From the NCBI GenBank assembly GCA_964482515.1, contig CAYZXT010000006.1, forward strand, positions 28,521 to 92,520: a stretch of DNA of 64,000 nt. The letters run 5' to 3'. Position numbers and translations under genes: made by a program. Of this stretch, positions 9,201 through 18,200 are shown one piece after another. Position 1 is the first letter of the stretch, and each line of letters begins with the position of its first letter. Under the pieces are notes generated by a model that was not told where the DNA came from, made no database searches, and worked only from the letters and a program-made list of their open reading frames with translations. Source of the DNA: an uncultured Elusimicrobia bacterium. Lineage in GTDB: Bacteria > Elusimicrobiota > Elusimicrobia > FEN-1173.

Positions 9201-12200
9201 CTTCGGCGCAGGACTATAATCCTGATAAAAACTCCTGATATCCTTTTTACGAAATTTCCCCTCTGGAATACTCATGGTTTTCAGCCCTCGTAATCCACTG
9301 AAAACCCTCAAGTCGGAAGGGCCATCCTCCTTAATAATGATCGATTCGATGCTCGGGCACTTCCTCCAAAGGACGTCCCAGGAAACCGCATAGTCCCGGT
9401 CAAGCATTAACTCCAGGGGACCATCATCACGCAAATGAACTTGATTTTCGCCGAAGGTGTCAACGAGAATCCGCCGCTGCTCCTCGATCGTGGGGAAGGG
9501 GTCCGGCGTATCTGCAGGCTGGACAGTCCGCTGCGCGGCGGGCGGCGTTGTCCCGGGCAACGCCATGAGGGAGAACTGCTTTGGGTGCGCGCGGTAATAC
9601 GCGACAGCCTCGGAATAACTCATTGAACGAGACTCCCCCTCATCGGATGAAAAGATAAAATGAACGTTCTCGGGCACGGGGGAAGTTAAAATAAAAAAGG
9701 TCATGAAAAATTCGTCGATTTGAAATCCTTCAGACATCAGAAAGACTTCTCTCATTTCAGAAAAGCCCGTCAGTACCCTCAATTCATCGACGCCCAGCCC
9801 TTGAGAAAGGCGAATGCGTAATTGCCACATATCCTGCATAAACTCCGCTGTCACAGAACTCATCATGTTGTGTCGCCCGAGTTTTTCCCTGATTATCGCC
9901 CTGACTTCCTTGAAGCCGGACCCTGGAATGAAGTCCGCCGCCGAAAACCATTTCATGCCTCCAGACGGATTGTCTGAATAAATACGGATCCTTCCAGAGT
10001 TTTCAGCTTCGCGATAAAACCTTTCAAGTTCCACTCGATGAAACCTCCCGGCTGGAAGCTGGATATTGCGCAGACCCCTTATCCCTTCATAAAAGTTAAT
10101 ACTGAGGGTGCCGTTTTCCCCGACAATTATCGTCCTAATGCTCGGGCAATGCTTCCAAAGGGATTCACACTCCCTATAAGGAAATAAATCTCTATCATCC
10201 ACAGTTAACTCCAAATCCCCGTTCCTATCCACCTTCACTTTTTCGGGCCCGAAGATATCAATGAGCGCTTCACGCTGCTCCTCGATCGCGGGGAAGGGGT
10301 CCGGCGTATCAGCAGGCTGGACAGTCCGCTGCGCGGCGGGCGGCGTTGCCCCGGGCAACGTGACGGTGAACTCCTCCGGGTGCGCGCGGCAATAGGCGAC
10401 AGCCTTGGAATAATCCATAAAACGGGGGGTCTCCCCTTGCATTATAATCTCCTGAATCTCCTCAATCGAGACGCCCTCGGGAAAAGGAGCGCTCAGAACG
10501 ATTCGGGCCATGTCGGCATCCGTAAATTGATCATGATCCACAAATATCAGGATACTCGCTCGACGAGAGTATTCCGTCATTTTCATTAAGTCGGGAACCG
10601 TCGCAACCTTCGTAGGTTTAATCTCATACTTACGAGATACCCCCAGACGAACATAAATATCACGCGTCAAGTGGGGCGGGACGAATTCTCGGCACGCCTC
10701 TTCCATCTCGGATATTAAATTTTCGTTGCTCAATCCAGGGGTGAAGGTGCTCGCCGAATAACTTTGTCTTACTATTTCTTCATCCCACACATGAACGACA
10801 ATTCGCATGGGATCATTTTCATTCCCAAAAAAAAGGCCGACGTCGTCATCAGAAAATTTTCCCGGTGGAATAAAAATGGTTCTCAGCCCTCTTAATCCAT
10901 TGAAAATCCTCAAGTCGGAAGGGCCATCCTCCCTGATAATGATCGATTCGATGCTCGGGCACTTCTTCCAAAGGGCGTCCCAAGAAACCTCGTAGTCCCG
11001 GTCAAGCGTTAGCCCCAGGTTACCGTGGAGAAGCAAACGAACTTGATTTTCGCCGAAGGTCTCAACAAGAATCCGCCGCTGCTCCTCGATCGTGGGGAAG
11101 TGACCGGAGGCATCCAATACATTATCGGGATAAACAGAATCAACCGGCGCCTCCTTCAAAACGGGCGCCCGTTCCCTGTCGCGGCGGGCGACGGCGTAAA
11201 TGTAAGCCGCTTCCACGCGGGACTGCAGTTCCCGCGCGCTCATGATGATGTAAGGCGCTTCTTTCAGATAGGCGGCCGCCTGGGGCTCGTCCAATGTCCC
11301 GGAAACAACAACCACCTCGAACCCCCTGTCCTTGAGGAAATGGACGAACTCGCCGGCGATGAGATTGCCCCCGTTGGCCGGCAGGCCGTGAACGAGCAAC
11401 GGCGGCCGGGTCGAAGCGGTGGGCATGCCACCGCGGCGGAACCCCCGCAAGGGATTGCGCAGGAACTTGGGGAGATAGAGCGTTCCGGTCCCGGGCGGGC
11501 CGAACTCCCGGCCCGGAGTCGCACGCCGCTGCACGAAAGCGGAAGCTTCCGCGTCAAGGAGGGATGAAACCGTCGTGCTTAATTCCTTCATTTTTGAATA
11601 TCGGGACTCCTCACTCAGAACGCTGGGGACAGGACGCGCCGATACGGATTCAGAGATCTGGACATCGTTATTGTCGTCGCGAGCCTTCGATTCATGAGCT
11701 CCCTCAATTCCATCGTATCGGGAGCCGACCGTTTCCGAGGCAACCCGACCAAACAATCCCGCCAGCCGACCCATTTGCGATATCCGGATCCGCCCAAGGA
11801 ACCCCAAAAATCGGGTCAACCGAGAATCTTCGGTTGAGACCCCTTCTGCCCTGGCCGCCGACAACTTGATCCCGCCATAAACCATGGACGCCAATAAACT
11901 GAGTCCGACAATAATAACCAGCGGAAGATAATTCGGCATTCCACGCAACAGCTCGGGTTCAGGAATTCTGGGAATCATTGCCGGAAGCGCCGAAGATCCC
12001 GAATTCGCGTGAACAACAAGAAGAGCCAGGATTCCCGAAGCCAAAAGGACCCCCGCGGCCAATGCCAGCCGCCTCATCCGAAATCGCGACCCGGCCGGCG
12101 CTTTATTCGATTTCAATTTAGCTTGCGCGATGGCCAATATCTTCGCTTTCCTCGCCGTCAAATCCTTGTCTCCGAGAAATCCCAGGGCCGTCAGAATCGA

Positions 12201-15200
12201 CCGGGGCGCCTTATTGTCGGTGAGCTGCGCGATTATTTCCCGAAGGCGCTCTTCGGAGGCCAGGGGCAAGTCATCTTCCATCAAACCGAGCTCATCGCTC
12301 AAACTCTTTAATATTTCGTTGCGCTGATCCTGCAAATCCTCAACGACGTCCTCCAGCGGCTCCTCTGGAACCGCCCGTTCCTCCATCTCGCGCGGCGGGC
12401 CGGACAGGTCCACCTCCCCGATACGACCAAGGACTTTCCCAACGTCAACACTCCCCGGCCGTGGCAAAACCGATTTTTCCTTGGGAGAACGAACCGGGAC
12501 GGCACCAAGGCTTAGGAACTCACCGTCCAATTTGATCCTCTGCATGGCTTTCAGGGCAAGGTATTGCCGGTAAAGAATTTCATCCTCCTCCAGGGTCTCC
12601 GGGATACCGTTTTGAAAAATCTCATCCACAACGTCCAAATGCCGCAGGGCCAAGGCAAACGGGTTGAGGTTTACTTCCCCATACCGCTCCAACCAAGCCG
12701 ACGCGGCCGCTTCCAATTGCGTTCGCGATATTTCCTTCCTTCCGTAGGCGATCAGGGCCAGTTGGAATATTTTCTTCGGCGCCAGGGAAAACAGCCCCTT
12801 CCAGTCACCGGCAATCCCCCTCTCCAAGTCGCGCTGAAAATAGACCGACTCATGGTCATTGTCTTGCGTTATGCTTCCGGGGAAATGTTGCCGCATTGCC
12901 CTTTTGTGACGCAGATCCTCCAAATCTTGATACACATCCTCAAAGGGGTCCGCCGGGGCCTGCAACCCCGCGAGCGAAAGAAAAAAATCCGGCGCCGAAG
13001 TGGGGGTAAGCCCCGCGAAATCCCGAGTGAATAACCCATGTCCGGCTTCATGCTCCAGGGTGTTCAACCAATCTTGGCCATCGAACTGGTCCTCCCTAAA
13101 AGCGATGTCCACCTTCTGCGCTTTGTAGGTCCCAGCTGCGGACTGCCCCGCGGGCTTGAGGCTGATTGTCACCGGCCGTTGGTGGACAGGAAGGATGAAT
13201 TGGGCGATGCGGCCGATGGCCTTCACTTTGTCCAGGCCGCTTCTGAACTCCAGGGAAGCAAGCGCCTTCCGGCCGGGCAATTCTTGCCCCCTCAGCATCC
13301 TCCGCAGATAGATGGGGCCGTACACCCTCTCCACGGCCTCTTCCGCCGAAACGCCCGACGCCGCCACGAGCAGGGCCCGCTTGAATTCCCGCGGCGTGGG
13401 CCGCTCCCGAGACCGCGGCAGGGCGTTCTGTATCCAAAGGTGCGCGCGGACGATGTAAGCCATGTCCTCGTCCGACAGGGCCGGGGCCTTCGTCCCGAAT
13501 TCCGTGACGATGTCCAAAGCGTATTCCGATAAGTCATCCTTGTCGTAATCCATCTCGCGGCGGAAGATCACCCGGTTCTGCAAGGCCGTGGAAAGCCTTT
13601 CGCGGCCGCTGAAGTCGGCCCCGTTGATCGTGGCGATGAACGCAAAACCCTTCGCGTCGGTGTTATCGTCGGTCAGCACGTCGTTCAGCTTCCCTTCCAA
13701 ATAGCCGCTGGGCAATACATCCAACTCGCTGACCACTAGAACGACCCCGTTCTCCTTGGCCCAAACTATGGCCTTCTCAAGCTCGTCGAACCGCGGCGAG
13801 GCGTTGATGTGGCAAAAGCTGCGCGGGCCCGGCGCGGCCGCCCCCGCCTTGACCGCCTCATAACCGCTCGACTCCAGAACCCGCACCACGGTCACGTCCT
13901 TGCCGCGGCCGGAGGCTCCCTCCAAAATCATTCCCCGCTTTCCCGCCGCAAGCCCGTTCCGTTTCATACGATATTCCCGCATGATGAGGAAATCTCCCAC
14001 CGCCGCGGCCAACCTCATCGTGGTGCGCGATAGGGTAAGGGCCCTCGACCTATACAATTGGGCCCCCTCGTTGCGCAGATCCTCTATCCAGGCGTTTTGG
14101 AGAGCCTCCGCGTCCACCGCGAATTTCAGGCGGAGCGCGTGCCGGAGCGCGACGCGGCCCTCCGGACTCAAGCTCGGCGAGAACATTTCCCACGCCGCAA
14201 GGAGCGCTTCTTCCACGATATTGCCGGATCCGCTCAGCACCTGCGCCCGGGCGGACAGTTCCTGGAGGTCGCGCAAAGAAATTCCCTGTCCCTCCTCCCA
14301 CCCCGCCACCCGGCGAACGGTCTCAAATACCCCGAGCAGCAGGGCCCGCAAGGCCGCCGCGTTCGGCGCATCCGGCGACACGTATTCTTCGAGCCTTTGC
14401 CGGAAAAACGCCTCGTCGAATTCAGGGAAGGCGACGGTGGGGACGTGCGGGGCGAGGAAATCCTGATACTTTCTGTCCTGCAGGGTTTCCTGGTTCCCGG
14501 TGAAAACGACCTTCTTGCCCTCCATATCGATCTTGCGCCCTTCGATCCACATGTAGGGGGTTTCCCCTTCTCCCACGAACAGCCCCCCGAAGAACCGCCA
14601 AAAATCCGGCCGCGCCAGGTTCGCTTCGTCCAGGACCAGCAGCGCCGGCCCATCGTGCAAAGCCCAGCGCGTGATGTCGGCGAACGCGGAGGCCCTGCCG
14701 GTCTCATCGTCGTTCGAGTCCTGTTCCTGGGCGTCCACCCCGATCGTCACGGGCCCGAACATCCGCAGCCCCAGCGCGTCCGCCAAACCTTTTGCCGCAA
14801 AGCTTTTTCCCGTCCCGGGAGACCCTTTCAGGAACACCGCCGGGGATTTTGCCAATATTCTCCGCACCCGCCCCAAACGTTTATCCCAACTTTCCTCGAC
14901 CGGGCCGGCCTTGTCGTTGATGGAAGGAGCTTGATCAACGGACGCGTTCGCCTTTCGGAAAAGGGCGCGGTAGAAACCCTCCCGGTCATCGCCCAGGTGC
15001 GCCGCGATCAGCGCGTCCTGAATCAGCTCGAGCGCCCTCCCGGCGCCCGCGCGATCAAAACTTTCGGGCACGCCGGCTTCGTCCAACAAATCCAGGCTGA
15101 GGGTATCCGCGAATTCCCAAAAACGGTCCTTCCATGTGGCGGGAGCGACGATCTTGTTCATCGCCGCTTTCAGTTTCGGCCCATGAATGCTCCTCCCAGT

Positions 15201-18200
15201 CAGCCCCGCCTCCTTCGGCCGAAATGTCCGCCGCGCCGCCGTCCGCAGAAACGCGGCCACGTTCGGATCGTCCGCGTAATCGTCAAGATAAACGTCCTCA
15301 AAGGCCCGCATCCAATCCAGCGTGCCATCGGGGTTTCGAGCCTGGCGGCACAGGAGCCGGAGGCGTCCCAGGCTGAAATCCGCCCGAGCCGGATAGAGCC
15401 CGCGCCGCGCCGGCGGAGGGACCGTCTCGAAAGCCCTTCTCAAGGAGAGCACCTTCTCAATATCGCTTTCCGTGAGAGCTCCACTGAATTCGCGCTTCAA
15501 TTCCTCCACTATGTCCCGCACGGAAATGTCCAACACGGCGCGGTGAAGAACCGAGACGCCGGCGCCGCTCCCGATATGAGAAAGAAGGATCAAGCGTCCC
15601 GTTAAAACGTTTTCCCCTTTGCCGGCGAAGGGACGGACCTCGCCGTTCACCACGAGATAGGGATTTTCATGCAAAGCCGTTTCCAACTGGCGCAGGAGAT
15701 CCGGATTGGATTCCATCCCCGCCAAAACGACGGTTTCTCCCCGTTCCAAGGCCTCCAACACCTGCCTCTTGACCGCCCGCAAACGCCCCCCCGGCAACAG
15801 CTCGCTCGCCATCGATAGATCGTCCAGGATGGTCGCCGGCGTGACCGGATAAACAAGGGGGGGCTGGCCGTTCCGTTCGGAGACGTCCCGCATGATCCGC
15901 GCCAACAGGCCGGACGGGTCCGATCCTTCAACGAGCGACACCCGCCGGTCCCGCGCCATTTCCCACGACTCCGGATCCGGGGCCCTGGTCCGGCGGACCG
16001 CCGGCAGCATTCCACGATAACGCAACGGGACCTCCACGCCGACGCCCAATTCAATTTCCAATTCGCCGCCCATATGCAAAAGACGGTGCCACAGCGACTC
16101 CGGAATTTCCGGATCGGTTATAAGGACCCGGAGACGCCCTCCGTCCGCGCCCATCCGCTCCAGCAATCCCGCGCCCTGGGACAACGTCCCCTGGGAATCG
16201 ATGCGGGTGAACTCAAACAGCTGGTGCTGCGTTTCCCGGTTCAAGACCCACGCGCGCTCCGCCGGCCAGGCGGTCTCGCCCGCCGGCACGACCCGTTTAT
16301 TCTCCAAGGCGCGCCGCCCGTAGCCGCCCTCCGCCCAATGGACGGAAAAACCTTCCCGCGCCGCCACCCATTTTCCGTTGGAAAGGATCCCGCCGTTCAA
16401 GAGGGCCTGCCGGACCATGTGGGACAACCGGGTGTTGGGGATTCCCTGCTCATCTCGCCACACGCCCCCTTGGATCAAGAGGGGCCGCCCTTCCCTCATG
16501 GCCCGGACGAGTGCGCCCTCTTCCCAGCGCACGCTTCCGTTGGGCAGAAGCCGGTAGCGCGCGACCAGCGCATCCTTAATATCGATGTCGTCGGACTCGA
16601 AAAGTTCCGCGCGCAGGCCGTTGAAAGCCTCCGGATCGTCGACCTGGGACAAACCTTCCAGCGGATCCGCGTAATCCGCGTCCGCTTGGAATTCCCCGGT
16701 CAGGGAGCGTGAATAAAAATCAACCGAAAATTCACGCAGCTGGTCCTCCCGCACCGCCCCAACGATGCGGAGCGACGGAGAGGCCTTAACGCCCAAATAC
16801 TCCGGAGAGTCCCCGAACAGCTGATTGAATCCCGCCACGGTCTTTGGGTCGGAATTCGTGTAGTCCAGGAACAACACGCCGCCCCGCTCGATCAATTGAA
16901 GCAAGGGGCTTTTCGCCTCCCCAAACCGGCCGTTTATCACGCGCGCGGGATTGAGCAAATCATCCAAATCGGTGTCATCCCGCAGGGTCAGCCGCAAATA
17001 CGGAATGTTTCCGTTCGCGGCCACGATTTCCCTTAGCCGCACATCCAATGCCTCCACATCCCGGGGCGTATTCACGAAGGTCAACCCGCGACCTTCGTTC
17101 AATAGATCGGTCAGGCTCGGATCGGCCCACGGCGAACCCATCGTCATCGGGAAACGGCGGAATATTTTGTTCCACCCCGTGTGGACGGCAACGGCCAGAA
17201 CAAAGCCGATCACCATGGCCAGGAGGGAGTAAAGCGGTCCATCGAACCCGGACAGGAACAACCGGGGCGCGGCGAGGGCGGCGAGGTTGAATAAGACAAC
17301 GGCGAAAAGGCGGACGGCGAAATCAACGGGGGATTTATTTTCATGGCGGAAAACGAAAGACGCCTGGTGCGCGGCGTAATAAACCGCCGCCACCAGCCAG
17401 AACGACATGACTATCGCCAAAAGCAGCGGATTCGCCTCCAGCAACACAGCCTTCAAATTCCATGCCGCCATCAGGATGAGGCCAGGCGCGCGGCCCATCC
17501 AAAAGGCGCGCCAGCGCGTCAACGTCGGCTGCCCCCGCGCTTCGATTTCCTTCCGCGCCGAAGCGGCGGGAGCCAGGCCCGCTTCTTCAATCACGGAATA
17601 GCCAAGCAGCTTGTGACTGATCATAGGATTCCTCAGCCACTCCGGCGCATGCTTGACCGCATTTTCGTAATAGGCCTTCGTGCTCGACAGGATCAGCGAG
17701 CGGCTTCCCCACAGGTTTTTCCACCAAGGAACGCTCAACCTCCGCGGCGGACTGAACCTCACCGACTGAAAGGAATCAGCGCCTCCCACGGGGAATTCGG
17801 CGACCACCGACGGCGCGCCCGGTCGCGCAATCAACAAGCCGTTCTCTCCGAACCCGATACTCCACCCCCACCACGCCTTGGCTTTCTCAATCAGCGCGCG
17901 AAGATTTTTACGCCTTTCACCTGAGGGAAGTTTGTTTTCCCTCCACCGCGCCTGGCTGCCCTCAACAGTGGCGGCCAAGGCGTTCGCCTTCACGGCGAAA
18001 TCATGGGCCTGGATCCTTCGCTGGAAGGGTTCGGCCAACCGCCGAATCAGCCCCGGCGAGGTAAACCGTGCGAAGATCAGGGAGATGGGTTCTCCGGCGA
18101 AAATTTTCTCGATGGGGAGTGGATCGCGGGAGAAGATGTCCATGTAATTTTTGGCCTGATCGATGTTTTCCACCTTTGGCGTGACGACGACGTAAGACGC

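Noticed and set aside
9475-10360. Considered a diversity-generating retroelement (template/variable repeat pair)
   Set aside because: In the 88-nt pair, all 3 mismatches are A in one copy on the coding strand, which is suggestive. However, mismatches in the other repeat pairs include T/C and G/C changes in both directions, and no reverse transcriptase gene is present in the window.
10826-10833. A8/T8 homopolymer tracts (10826-10833 in giant ORF 1, 47604-47611 in giant ORF 2, also 4501-4508 in eno and 31568-31575) as phase-variation switches
   Set aside because: Each is explained by Lys-Lys or Phe-Phe codons. Equal-length tracts occur in housekeeping genes such as eno. Eight nt is short for efficient slipped-strand switching.
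8040-11100. Considered whether the periodic near-identical repeats could be a CRISPR array or satellite
   Set aside because: The period is ~760-805 nt, in frame within one ORF, and encodes homologous protein modules. There is no short repeat/spacer structure.
11380-11520. GPPGTGT in giant ORF 1 as a third P-loop
   Set aside because: It lacks the invariant Lys (GTGTL, not GxGK[ST]) and has no Walker B downstream, so it was not counted as an NTPase.
14058-15605. 515-aa + ORF; likewise 18003-19649, 7502-8149, 6219-7271, 16074-16712, 17343-17924, 11025-11567, 12564-13532
   Set aside because: All lie antisense or out of frame inside the 4,522-aa ORF and have shadow-type composition. The giant frame alone carries recognisable motifs.
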